The notes under the pieces were generated by a model, which saw only the letters and a program-made list of their open reading frames with translations, was not told the origin of the DNA and ran no database searches. Of a DNA stretch of 64,000 bases, positions 1 to 12,930 are shown piece after piece. Each line of letters opens with the position of its first letter. Positions within the stretch are counted from its first letter, which is position 1. The stretch is from Catajapyx aquilonaris. Lineage: Eukaryota. The position numbers and the translations under genes were made by a program. The DNA is taken from the NCBI GenBank assembly GCA_000934665.2, contig JYFJ02001594.1, positions 1 to 64,000 on the forward strand. The letters are read 5' to 3'.

Positions 1-11
1 GTGTAAATAAA

Positions 12-155
12 TGAATGAGTGAATAAATCAATTAATTAATATATAAATAAATAAAATTAATGAGTGAGTGAATAAATCAATTAATTAATATATAAATAAA
101 TAAAATTAATGAGTGAGCGAATGAACGAGTAAATAAATGAATAAATAAATAAATA
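12..155. repeat. AT-rich tandem repeat, ~49-bp unit, 2+ copies, followed by (AAAT)n
   Basis: tgaatgagtgaataaatcaattaattaatatataaataaataaaattaa (12-60) recurs almost exactly at 61-109; a partial third copy follows. Confidence 0.85.
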
Positions 156-3032
156 CCTTTAGGTGCTAGCTGGACACCACAAGGTGTTGCTAGGTGAGTA
201 TATAGCACATATAGCTGATATAGTGTTTTGAATACTGTACACAGGTATATGCGGTACAGTTATAGGCGTGACATAATAGCCTTATCATGCCCATTCTCTT
301 TATATTCCAACAATAAAAAAAATCCTATCTCGAATCATAAATAACAATAATTTTCCTCAGGGCCGTATGCAATAAAACGTAAAAGATGAGCATCTAAAAA
401 GAGAGAGAGAGACTGAAAACCACGCAATCTTTTGGATGCTTCTTTTCAGTGAACTCACGCCAGCGAGTTTTTTCTCTCTCGCTCGCTTTCAAATGTATTT
501 TCCGCTAGCAGACAGGCGTAGACAGCAATATTTATTATGAAAAGAGAAGATGTATCCGGATATTGCTTCTCGTGTGCCGCAATCTTGGGCTTGTAGAGCC
601 ACGACCTTAGCCATCGTAAATCATACTGAGTTAAGTCAGCGCAGACTTTCAAAGCAAAAACCTGGGTCCCGGGGAAAAAAAAAAGCTTTTCAGCAAAAAT
701 TGACAAAGAGAGGTACTTGATACGTCGAGTTGTGAGTTAGGTCTTTGTTACACGTTTGAATGACAAGATTTGGCACAATAATGTTTCGTTTAGAGTTTTG
801 GGAGGTTTTTTTTTACCTGGCCATGTTTTTGTGTGTGTGACTGTAAATGATATAGCCGGATATAGCTTTGCAGAGGGCTTCTCGTGTACCTTACTGGTTA
901 TTTTATGGTTGTCAAATGGGGCCAAATATACTGTCTAGTCACGAGATACTTAGGGACTGGAAGTCGATGACAAAGACACTAAAATGTGATACTACTTCAA
1001 AGGCTCAGAAATTTTTAAAGATATAGCCGTCTTCTATTTGCTTTCTATTTTTAAGATTAGAACGTACCCTTTTGTTCAGTCTGACATAAATAACTGGCTC
1101 GCAACGAAAAATATACTCTTAATGTTATTAATCAGTGAAATGTTTTATAGCCCAACAGAGAAGAGCAATGTTTTATCTTGTACACTTTAGTTTTTATATC
1201 TTTGATTCACTTATTGGCTCATTTCAAAGTTGCTCAATGCGTAGTTAGGAACTCTCAGCACGTCATAAGATTTTATTCAGAGAACTCTGCGAGCGATAGC
1301 GTTTCATCCTGACACATGCCCGGAACACGTGAACCTAGAACTGGAAAGTTTCCTGTTTCTGCAGAGTATTTGAGTCCTCCCTGAAGCATCTGGAGTGCAA
1401 AAGTTTCGGAATTGCTCTTGATACGATAACTTATGAGAGTTATGACTTTTCATGACGAAGTTATTAAAATTATGCTGTAAGTACGGAACATGGTGAATTG
1501 TTCAGCTGTGCATTTTGCAATGTTATTAAGTGTTATTGTTATGACATGGTATTGACCCTTTGTGCTTATGTGCACCAAATTGAATTTCAACAACTTATAC
1601 AAACATCGTATAATATAATGGTTAGGGTGTTACAACACCTCATATCTGCAGGTATACATATTATACTATGAAAGTACGCGTTAGTTAGCAAAGTATAAGT
1701 AATATTTCATGCTTTTTTATTTAGAAATATTTTCATTTTCAAGAATATATTTCATAATCGGGATCTTAATTGTCAGATATTATTTCTTCGAATCATGATG
1801 CTGGCCCAAAATGTAAATTATGTTCTTTAAACATCTCATGCTTATGCTTATGTACCTGGTAAATCACATGGGCACAATAAGCAGGGAAAACAAATAAGGG
1901 GGAAAAATAATTATATGTATGTCACATCGGTTAGTACCAGTAACTATGTGTATAACTGGCCGCAAATTTAGTCAAATATTAAATCACATTTTCTCCCCAA
2001 TAATTTTCATCCCGAACCATATAAAAAGATGCCGACTGTAATTAAATTTTGTTGGGTATATAACAAAGCACTGGAAATTAATTTCCGCATTTACAAAAGG
2101 TGCGGTGTAATAGTTCTTTGCCATGCACCTACAGTACCTACCCCAATCGCTGTTACACAAAACAGTACGCAAAATAAACGAATTATTTTACTGAATGATA
2201 TTGAAAGTTGTACAGTACATTTGTTATTTGCTGTCATCCGGTACATTTGCATATTCTGACAGCAAAATGCATATCCGCATTGCTTTGAATAACTATATTT
2301 AATGATTATGATTTATAGGCTATAGGACGTTGTACTGCATTCTGCAGTGTTTCCTCATAGGTTATAATACTGTATATTATAGCACATTATATTATAAAAT
2401 TGTAAAATGTTTCAAGTCAGCAAATATCAGCCCGACTATTTCTGTATAAACTTCAATTTCGATTTCTTCGTATGTAAGCAATGCACTTCATCCGAATTTA
2501 CATTTTATTGTACAGAAAAATGATCTCGGAAAAAATATCTGCACATTCGCATTGTGTCAGGCATAATTATCCTGGCTCTACAGAAACTTGTTGGAACTAT
2601 TTCTCAAGACTATGCTGCATATGTCTACATATAAATATATTCACAAAGTCGTCTCGTAATCGGCAGGGGAATACCTGATATCCCTTGTGGCTTCTTGGGT
2701 ATTATACGCTCCTGGCAGCACCGAAGGACCAGCCGAAATATGACGGTGGATCAATGATAGTCTCTGTACCAAACTGCATGTGCCTTCACTAAATGAACCT
2801 AAAATGCTTTGCAACATTATACGTAATTAGGAAACTGAATCTGTGCTCTGGTATACAATGGATGCATTAGTAATTTTGTTCAATTGTGGTACTTTGTGGG
2901 AGTCTTTTATTTTCCTGATGCTAACCATAGGTTAAAGCATTTGCGAATATATTTTGTAGAGGGAAGGGAAATGTATGGGGATGGCCCAGCAAAATTTCGC
3001 TTGTGAGTGAGGGTAATCAAATCATGCTCGAG

Positions 3033-3128
3033 GTTCCTGTTACCTATTGTAAAGCGTTTGAGCAGGCAGACAGGTGTACATAAATTTTTCTTTTCAAGTT
3101 GTTTTAAATGCAAAATGTTCAGTTGTCT
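3033..3128 (-). mobile_element. Degenerate Penelope-like element (PLE) linker fragment
   Basis: RQLNILHLKQLEKKNLCTPVCLLKR aligns without gaps to the recalled PLE motif HLHILHSSERLKKVFPEPPLVAFRR. Confidence 0.45.
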
Positions 3129-3500
3129 TGGCAATTGCAGGACTTCAGGAGGACAATGAAAGCGATCAAATATGAGTATAACTCACTTTATCAGCTCAAG
3201 TTTTAAGAATACTTCTAGTTAAAATTCGGTGATATTGAGTTTTCTTTGTTAGTTACAGACTCCATGCTGCTCTTTGAAAATTAAATAAGACACGACAATT
3301 TATTCGACATTTTACTGTAAAATTCCACACTATTTGTTTCTCTGAAACATCCATGAAGATGTGTGTCACCAAGCTGTTAATTTTTTGGTAACCATTGGTT
3401 TTCTTGTAGCTTTCGACGCCGTGCTCTTTCGTATCTTACCTGGCGACAGTGACTGATGATAACGGTTAGTTCCCATCATGGAGCCTTGAAGGCTTGTCCA

Positions 3501-3638
3501 ATATATTACGTTGGATGTAATTCGTGATAAGCTGCCATATATAGTCTGGTTTGTGTTCAAATGTGGTACTATGACTTCCATTTTAACCGTTAGCTGTTGA
3601 ATTCTTTGATTGAAATAACATAAACGTAATGCTACGCC
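3501..3638 (-). mobile_element. Degenerate PLE linker fragment
   Basis: FNQRIQQLTVKMEVIVPHLNTNQTI vs recalled YNPRLPNLSKILRKHWPILQSNPTL, no gaps. Confidence 0.45.
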
Positions 3639-4349
3639 TCCAATAATGTCAGCAACTAGCGATTGAGCGTCGAAAAACGTAGGCAATTCAACTTCGGAAA
3701 CATGATATTGAAAAATTCATTATGCCCCATAAAGTTTACGAATCAATCAACAGAATTACGGGCATTACTACTTTTAAGCCCCATTTGAGTCCTTTCTGAA
3801 CATTAAAACAATGATTAATTCTACACCATTTCTTAACCTCCTCCTTGGAATAAAGGTCGTACAGTCCATTATAGTCCTTGAAAAGCATTTCAAATCTCCC
3901 GCATTATTTGGCTAATGGCGGGGAAAACTACTCTCTTTGACTCTAGTGTGCATCCAATTGTTGCCTATATTAGGATCGTAAGATTTAATAACAGTTTTAC
4001 GTACTTGGCCAGTTGATCGCGGTTCTTAAGCGAGGAAATGAACTGCTCAGCTGCCTTTGTATAATCCAATGCGCATGTGATGCTACGACGCGCAATTAAA
4101 TTTTCAAGAAATAGTAAATAGATAATAGAACTTCTCCTAACTTTCCTTGACAATTAAATCAGCGTAATTGCATGGTTTGTTCATCAAAAAATATTCAAAT
4201 GCGTCTATTAGGCAAAGGCAATGAGTGCAGATGATTGTAGGTTATGAATTTGAATTATTTTCTAGGTAATGTTATGCAATAAAAAGTGTTTGCTGTTTGT
4301 TTACTTTTGTTGTGTTGTATACTCTGGTACACCCCAGTTTTTCTTTCAG

Positions 4350-4567
4350 TGGTGGTAGTGGTTGCCTTCTTCATCTGCTGGGCCCCCTTTCATGCACAAC
4401 GTCTCCTGGCCATCTACGCCGGAAGCCTGAAGATTGCTCCTGGACGTCTTCTGGTCATCACTTACGAAGTTCTTACTTACATTTCGGGAATACTCTACTA
4501 CCTCTCCACCACAATCAATCCCATACTCTACCACACCATGTCCAACAAGTTTAGGAAAGCTTTCAAG
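4350..4567 (+). CDS. GPCR paralogue A, TM6-TM7-helix 8 exon
   Basis: Acceptor ttttctttcag|TG GTG GTA (phase 1), donor TTC AAG|gtgcgt. Encodes VVVVAFFICWAPFHAQRLLAIY...TINPILYHTMSNKFRKAFK. Confidence 0.95.
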
Positions 4568-6868
4568 GTGCGTATCACTCTTCCCATGAGAGTCGGTACT
4601 CACATGGGAATGGCAAACCAGACAACTTTGTAACGTCCTCCATTTTTTGCGAAAACTTTTTTTGGGGGAGAATAAACTAGTGACGAGAGGCTTGTCTCGA
4701 CGAAATGAAGTGGGATCCTTTCCTGCTGTCTGGGGAATCACGCGAAAACGAAGAGGTTCAGATCTCCCCAGGATCTCCCCATTATCCGGTAATCCGCAGA
4801 GTCCGGATTCTCTGAGAGCAGGGCTTTGATTCTGAGTGAAACTTGCGCAGCAACTGTTTCAAATTCCATAAAATCTGTTTCCAACTGAAGTGGCTCTCCG
4901 GGATGATCAAGGGAATGTTAAGCATTGTTCTTCCTCCCGTACAAAGCCTGTCGGAGAGACGTTCTGGTGTAGGCAGGCTAGTACCTGTGTCTAAAGTGGC
5001 TTTGTCTGAAAATGCCAATATTTAACACTATTGAACACTATAGTGGTTTCTATACATATGTGTCGCCCTCAATTCTCATCTGTGACCTAAATATCCGATA
5101 GGCGTCATAAATAAAATTGGTATGTGCCACTGTCCGTGGTGAGTCATCACATTATGTAAAATATAATTATGGCAATGCAGTGTTGTCATATTTTGTCAAG
5201 TGGTTCATTCTCCTACAAAATAAAATGACACGCTGTTTGCTGCAGAATATAGAGAGGCAAATAGTTCTCTCAGGTTCTCTCCAGTTTCAAAATATGGTAA
5301 AAGCACAAAGGGTAGAATATTTGAAGCCAAATGCAGGCGCAGCTGTTCCTCATGTAACTGATCTAGGACACCATAACCCTTTCAAGAAGAAGTGGAACCC
5401 ACCCAGAATTGCGGGGGCCCCATTGTTTGCGAAAACCTGAATGAATAGGATCCAGAAATAATCATCGACCGAAGCGCACGGTATCCATTTCATGATTACA
5501 ACAGTTCCCCCTATTGTCATGCTGACGTCCCCCTTTTTTTTAAAAAAAAGGGAAGACAGGAACACAAAATATATCCTGTAGTTTGAACTATGCATTTACA
5601 GTACTAGCATCATAGTTGTTGAACGAAACATAAGCTCAATTGGGAGCAAACTCCATTAATTAGCATATCCTGTTGTTGTAAAAGTGACGCCTCCACCTGT
5701 GTCATAAGGAGTCGGGGAAACTTTTAGAGTGAGTTCTAGAAGCGTCTGAGATGTCTCGTTACTGAGATAATTGCATTCGACATAAATATGATATATCCTT
5801 CCAGGTGACTGTCTTTATTTATTCAGTGTTACAACACATGTCACTTAGCTGCATTATACGAAAAAATTGTAGTGTCCGCCCAAATATACGTAGCATTTAG
5901 TCATATTAAGTTTAAAATAATTATCTTAGTAACCAGACTTGGGAGACCAAATGACACCCTTACATAAAATAATCACGTGGTGCTCACGAACTGGCTCTAA
6001 ACACGTTCCTGGTTCATTATAAAACACCGTGAATACAGGTGCACCTCTCCGACTTTCAAGCTATAAAACGGCCGTAAAACCGGTACTATCTCCCCCTGGC
6101 ATTGCATATATTGCGAGTTTTCCTCAGATCCAAACCTCGAGTGCTAGTTTACATGCCTTTCAGTCTAAGATGACTGCAGCTGAGGATTCTGCTTAATGCT
6201 TGTTGTCAACTCACCCCGCTGCAGTTTCGTCTTTCAAGAAGTACTTCTATATAGTACTCAATAGTACTCGCGACTGTAAACAACAGCTAGAGTTGGATGC
6301 AGTTCTCTAGTCGCACTCTACTTCACCTTCTATTTCAAATAACAGGGATTGATGATCTATCTGGTTTCAAGAAGTTGGAGAGGTGTACTTTGGCCTAATG
6401 ATGCACTTTGCATTGTTGCAGCACACATTAGGAAGATGTCACGGGTCCAACAGCAGGCCAGCTAGAAGAAAGCTGTTTAATCCAATGTTGATCGGCCTTC
6501 AAGAGGTGACCAAGAAGGAAGGTCGCGGAAGGTCATTTGCGTGCGGGAATTGCGCCCAGGTCATATTTCCTCACTGGCCGTCCCAGAGGCCTCTGGTGGT
6601 GACCTTTAGGAAAGGAAGGCGACCTCCAGTTGTTACCTCACCGTTATCTATGCCTCCGGCCCCCTCGTTAGCTACTTCTTGCTTGAGAAAGTGGTCCAAA
6701 GGGTGTGACTCTCATCCTAACAAGTTGAACAGGGTGGTCACTGATGAGGTCACTGTGGGTCAGTCCAGAAGTAGTTTAGCAGCACTAGTTTGTTGCTTAC
6801 AGAAAAATAAGGGGAGTCAAAAGTGCCGGAAGTCAGTGTTAGATGCACCAAATCGCAAACATCCTTGA
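4350..6868 (+). CDS. Pyrokinin/PRXamide receptor-like class A GPCR, paralogue A (3' part only; exons 4350-4567 and 6422-6868; the TM1-5 exon lies upstream of the window)
   Basis: TM6-TM7 motifs FFICWAPFHAQRL and INPILY..MSNKFRKAFK. Exon length (218 nt) and phases are identical to the - strand paralogue. Confidence 0.88.
4680..4930 (-). mobile_element. Degenerate PLE linker fragment(s) in the GPCR A intron
   Basis: NIPLIIP..HFSWKQILWN and PTSFRRDKPL vs recalled RIPLVLTFHP..VKSIILKN and PLISFKRDKNI. Confidence 0.4.
6422..6868 (+). CDS. GPCR paralogue A, terminal exon (cytoplasmic tail, 148 aa)
   Basis: Acceptor tttgcattgttgcag|CAC, phase 0. HTLGRCHGSNSRPARRKL aligns without gaps to paralogue B DNLSGCFCLRDSPARRDL. 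The frame is open to TGA at 6866-6868. Confidence 0.75.
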   Translation, partial: HTLGRCHGSNSRPARRKLFNPMLIGLQEVTKKEGRGRSFACGNCAQVIFPHWPSQRPLVVTFRKGRRPPVVTSPLSMPPAPSLATSCLRKWSKGCDSHPNKLNRVVTDEVTVGQSRSSLAALVCCLQKNKGSQKCRKSVLDAPNRKHP

Positions 6869-9800
6869 GTTATTTATTTCTCAAACCTTATATTATTTTT
6901 ATATGATTACTAGAAAAACCTGAGAAAAACCCTCGCTTCGCTCACTGGGTGCGGGAGTGGGGAGAGAGCGATGTAGACACTCCAGCCCACAGTGAACGAA
7001 AAGATGGTTCCTCCTCCCACCCACCAGAGGCGCTGCTTCCACCTCCATTACTCCTGCGCAGAACGGGGGTAACATTATATGAAGGACCAATCAGGCATAA
7101 CCATGCAGCATGAGTAGGATTTTAATATTATAGATTCGGTAACATCCGTCAATAGGTTACATGCAGTATTTCTGTCATAAACACAACTTATTTCCATGCA
7201 GCCATTCAGGAGATTATTTTTGTCTCTCACAAACCAAAAGGTGTCCATCATGGTAATGCTTCAGTGCATAATGTGACAGGAGCTGTAATTTTTGCTGCTG
7301 CTACACTCACTACAGTGTATGAAACCTGTAAATATTTAAAAGTCATATTCGCATAGTACCAACACTGTATGATACAACCTTAATGTATGCCAAGCCTAAC
7401 ATAATTATATTCATCGTGCAGTTGATTTATTAATTAGAAAGAGTGTCATTTTCCTCCTTTATTCAGCCTTCCTTGCCAGGTTTTCTGATGCTTTCTGTCA
7501 CGTTTGGCATCAAAACCACAGTAGCTGACCACATTTCCAAGTGATGCAAGAGTTACCTGGAACTGCTGAAATATTCATTGTGGTGTATACTGTAATACCG
7601 GCCACCTGGGGTTGCACTGTAAACCACCATATGGTGGTCCAAGCTGAGCAGTCCGCATCATCCCATTAAAACAAGCTCAATAATTACCCAGTCCGCTGAA
7701 CCGAGCCTTCAGAAAGCATACCTGTGATGTAAGATTGTAAGGCACACAAATTGCACTGTAAGATGGATTAATGGAATTGCCATTCCAGCCCTTCTAAGTA
7801 AAGCTTGGAATGACTTCCGTATGTTAATTATTATGAGGACATTATTGGTACATAGGAAATGTACTTTTTTGTACATGCTGTGTACACGTATCATATATCC
7901 AAAATACTACTTGTCTACTTGTATTTTATAGAGAATCCATTAATTACGCCGATACTAAACGAGAAAATGATCAATGGATCATACCTCTCTAATGTACCAC
8001 AGCGGAGAATAATTCTTATACCCTCATAATTATTCCGGATTTAAATACCACTCGTAAAATTGTAAGCCAGATTAATTCACTATTATAGTGAAGGAAAAAC
8101 ATGCCATTACAATATAGAAACATGAACCATTATTAATGAATTAATATTATACTATACATGTAATATTGGACGAATTAACGTGAAGTAATTGATAGGATGT
8201 TACACATAAGCTTGCTACATGAAATAATAAACAATCTCAAACTTTCAGTGTATCGAACTCTGAGTTTTGTGGGTTGAACGCCCAGCCATTTCCCACGGGT
8301 ACCTCCAGGGTTAATGAAATGTGAGGATTTCATCACATTAGCCTTCCAACCAGTAGTTGAACAAATGAAACCGGCACACGAGCATGTTCAATTTGCGCAC
8401 TTCTTTCAGAGCCAATATTGAAAGTGCAATGACCAATTAGGGTCATGCGATTAGGTAACTCTAGACCATCGGCCCTCTCATGTTTGCCTCACTGCACTGA
8501 TCTGTAATTAAACGTGCGTCTTTTTGCAATAATGAGAGAAAATCTGCCTGAATCTGGCGTACTGTACTGTACAGTACAGTACCTACATCCGAACATGCAA
8601 GTCATGAGCACAAAAAAATCACCCTTTGTATCCTGGCTGTTCAGGGCTACCCATCAAACACTCTTGTGTGACGGGTGATGTATTTGATAGGATGTAATCA
8701 GTTCGCCTGATGGAAAAGCTGCATTGTTTGGCAAGTGTTTTGCACTTGTGGTGAAAAATTGCAATTAAATTATAAATTAAGTTCGTGATTAAAGCCAGTT
8801 AGCGCCTATGATGTAACACAGCCAGGCTGCCCTTAAGAGTTGGGCCAGGGTTGGGCATTTCGAAAGAATGCCTTTAATTTTAGTTACTAAAGTAACATAC
8901 AATATTTCACATGAAAGCGCAAATCTCACGTCTCTTTAGCAACGAATTGTTGAAACTTTCATTGTTTTTAGAGAGAAACCGAAATATGACAAGGGGCAGT
9001 AACAACAACTTTCACTGCAGCAAGTTTCGCCTGTCACAAGCAGAAAAACAAACACGCAAAATTCTCAGTAAAGTTGACATTTTGGTCGAAAGTCGATATC
9101 CCAAGTTTTCATTTTTATTCTGCGAACCGAATCAGATCCAGTTAGAAATAAGCTCCCTGAATATTAACCCCCCTCGAAAGTTAGGCGTGCGAAAGCTAAT
9201 TGATTATCATTGAGCAACAAGTGAATAATTTGCAAACTTTGGTCGAGTTTCAGGCACGTCAAGGCCGATGAGAAGATTTGTTACCTTGGCACTATATTAT
9301 AAAGAGGCACTGCTTTTCGAAAGATATATCCTTTGAGATGAAGCTTTGCAAACATTTTCGCGAAATTTCCTGCAACCTTGATGGCAAGACATCCTACACA
9401 GTCCTACTCTAAAAGAAACTAAAATCCAGTTAAAATGAGAGGTGCATTGTTAGAATTTAACAGAGAGGATTAAAGCACTTCAACTGCTTTTCAGACCACT
9501 CACATGGTCCTTGTGACAATGGGGCTCGTCAAAATGTAGAGAGGAAGCTTTGTAAAACATTCGAGGATTATTTTATTTTTTTGCTACAGTTTGGACTTAT
9601 AACAGCAGGACTTTCTGGGAGGTTGAAACACAAGCTACATTTTGATAACATTGTGCACAAGATGAGTAATATTGTGAAGAGAGCCGGTTAGCCCTTAAAA
9701 ATCCTGCTCAAATGTATTCCAAACGTGTAACCTTACATTTCACATGAAATGACCACTGCATGATAATTTTGAAACATGAAATAATTTTTAATTTATATTT

Positions 9801-12546
9801 TGTATAATTTTTTCATAGCTCACATTTTCATTATTTTCATAGTTCATATCGTCATAATATTATTCTTTCTTATTTCTAATAATTGTGATTATGAGTAGGC
9901 CTACTGTGTATTAATAAAGTCAGGTTTCAACACATTACTACAGATCCATATTGATATTGATAATATTGTAATCGCACGGCATTGTTCAGTGTGTGAAATG
10001 GAATCTGGAAAATAGTTTTTTTTAAATCAACTTGTGCAATGTCTACTTTTCCTCAGTTGTAATGTAGACTGTACTTCCCCATTAAATAGTTCGCGTTTCG
10101 GGTGCTCCCCAGTTGTTTGGCGCTGCAAAGCAGACCAGGCTACATGCTGCGAGCGTCACACACGTGTTATGCGGGGCTTCCTCGCATTCATATCTAGGAT
10201 TCTGCTCTCATATTTACGTAACTCTGATTGAAGCCCAAATCCTGTTGTCCCATGTGCTCTGCAGCTATAGGGCTTTGTTGTCGGCTGGAAAAGCATATTG
10301 AGGGATTGTGCTGAATGTAATGGGCTGGGCAAACACAAACCTATCCTTGTGTAGAGATCATAATGGGGTCAGCTTTTTTTTAGTGGGCATGAAATCCTGG
10401 CTTCGATATGTGGCTTGTTGACCAATCGGGATTATTAATTCGTTTGAATCTGAAAAAAAAAAATCAATGGGATAATACACGTCCGATTTTTTCATGGCGA
10501 ATTATCGGTATGTGACGATGGTCAATATTTTTTGAAAGATTAGTGTCTAGCTTAACAAATCATTTTAATTAGTGGTGAGTAGGTCGGGTGTAATTTTTAA
10601 TCGTTTGAAAATTCAATGGAGACACCGCAGGCTTGATTAACTCTTTTCTCTGCTAATATTATTGAAGCATGAGGGTAATATCGATTCATTCGTGCTGGAT
10701 GTTTTAATTTGTTAGAGGACACCTTAGGCTACTCAGGATGTTTGAAGTTTCATTCATTTAATAAATTTCAGACTTGAAGTACGCAAGCGTCATCGCAATT
10801 CCCAAATGTATGGTGCATAAAATATGTGTAGGATTAGTAGCCCGTACAGTTGGTTATGCGTATTTATTCACTCTATTCGTGTAGTGTTCCATCAGAAAGT
10901 GACCTACATGGAAAGCGGTGATATTAATGTACAGAATCTTTACAATATACACTATTTGACAAATCCACATAAAGTGGATCATCAAAGGTACCGGTATAAA
11001 GTACATATGGCTGTGGTATTGTGATAATTTTTATTCCGGCATGATTGTTGGCCAGACATGCCTGAAACATCTGATTGTAGTACATCGATGGGTGGCTCTC
11101 TAGGCTTTATGTACTTGTCACTTGTCACGGATGGTTGATTAACACACGTCAATGGCAGGCAAAACGCTAATCACTCGTCGCTTTGTGCAACTTGTTGCCT
11201 TCATGTAACAGGCTGCAGATGTGAATTTTCTCAAATCTGGCCATCTTCTTGTCGCTATTTGCACGTAAATACGGGTAATAACTACGAAAAGTACGATCTG
11301 AACATTACCAGGTCACGAAACATTTCTCTCATTTAATTGTCCCTAAATGATACCAATTTATTAACTTAACCACAAGCCTGATACTGGTCTCAGATCTCTC
11401 TGAGTTGGTTTTAGTGCAAATACACCGAAAAATAATTTTTAACGAAATTATTTTATGGCAAATAAAATAAGTGCCATTAGCAACTGTCCCTTTGAAATGC
11501 AAGTACCATACCATCAATATTATATTATAGTCAAATATTTCATTACATTAGTTGAGTAATAAAAAATGTTTCATGTGGTAGTACTAATATTTTAATAAGG
11601 CTTTAATAATTCTTTCATCCAGTACACTTTGACATGAAAAAGTCTCGCAAGGATGAAATAGGTCGTCTTTTCTAATATTATAATTTTTTCATCAATGAAA
11701 TACTATAACAGGTTATCTAATTTCTTGTCCCAGCAGATTATACTGATGAATTAACAGTAAACGTGTAACCTTGGCCTACATATTCCTCCTTTCACCCCTC
11801 CAATCTCCATCATTTGAGAACGCATACATCAACTTCTTCTTAACAAACTGCAAACCTAAATCGACGTTGCGAATCTGGCATTAATTTTCCACTTTGCAGT
11901 TCACATTCATTTAAGTGCAGAAAATTATGTCTTCAATCGGCAGTTGCAAGTTTCCAACAGCGCAGCATGATGAAATGATCCATTATCGTATACAGTAATA
12001 ATGGAAACCATGCCTTGAGCAATACTGCGTTGCTTTGGTATTAAAGAGAACCTTCTCTTATACGATATTATGAAGAACATGTGTATTTTATTTTTTTAAC
12101 ACTGAAGAATCTGGTGGCTTTACATACAACATATTTAGAATTTATTATTTAACTTGTGACCTTTTGAGGTTCATGGCAACTGAACATGTGGCCAGTGGAT
12201 CGCACATTATAAAGTAACGGATACTTTGTATTCCCTAGATCAAAGTGGGTTATGTCTAATAGATGAGATCGAGTTGTTGTTTCAGGAGGTCGTAAACCAA
12301 AGGTATTTAACATTTACAACCTTGGGAAAGCCTGAGGGTTTGTATAATAATTTCTGCATGAACGGTGAAGAATACATTATGAGAAATCTGAGCAAAATGA
12401 AGTTTGTCTGATTTTCTATTGCGTTATCTTGAAGTTTTGATTACATGTGGAATGAAAAGGTCTCTTTAGGTTCTGAGTTCGCTTTCTTGAATAAATGATA
12501 AGATGTCTTCATTAGTCTTTCCTGACTCTATTTAATAATTAAACGA

Positions 12547-12774
12547 GTGAAAAGATCTCTAGTTATTTTGGTGCCCCAGGTAATGATTCCAGGACAAAAG
12601 TTTTCAATCCACGAAGGGAAATACTTGCGTCACCCTCATTCAACGTTCAGAACTTCAGACTTCGAAACGTGTTTTAATATTTCAAACGTCCCAAGATACA
12701 AGAGATTCAGGAAAACAGGAAATAAACTGCTTTTCCCTGTTGCCTCTCCAAAACATACACCCGGCATGTTCCCT
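12547..12774 (+). mobile_element. Degenerate PLE linker fragment
   Basis: FETCF...RYKRFRKTGNKLL...TPGMFP vs recalled LKEVF...AYRRPKNLRDKLV...PGSFPC. Confidence 0.45.
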
Positions 12775-12789
12775 ATAGTTAAGCTTCTG

Positions 12790-12930
12790 GCAGATTTACA
12801 AAGTTTAAGCGCAGAGAAGTAGCCTTTTATTTTCCCTTTCCCTGCACAAAGTTTTCCGCCGACGAAAATAAACGGCAGCAACAAGTCTCTCAACTTCTTT
12901 TTGCAACCGTGTGTAAATTTAGGTTCACAA
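12790..12930 (-). mobile_element. Degenerate PLE fragment, inverted relative to its neighbour
   Basis: KKKLRDLLL...KIKGYFSALKLCKS vs recalled PKNLRDLLV...KGxFPCxKCK. Confidence 0.45.

Noticed and set aside
3501..3520. TSNVIY as the start of a GIY-YIG nuclease domain
   Set aside because: By position it falls where the linker PPLVAY motif is expected, and no C..C/YVG motif follows.
4297..4741. Overlapping ORFs 4297-4554(+) and 4346-4741(-), and similar shadows at 23541-23930, 28389-28925 and 52270-52600
   Set aside because: Alternative-frame or antisense shadows of real GC-richer exons.
12226..12411. PLE C-terminal TLxPxGLN-like motif (TTLGKPEGLYN)
   Set aside because: A single short match without the preceding conserved Trp/Glu; too weak to call a GIY-YIG end.
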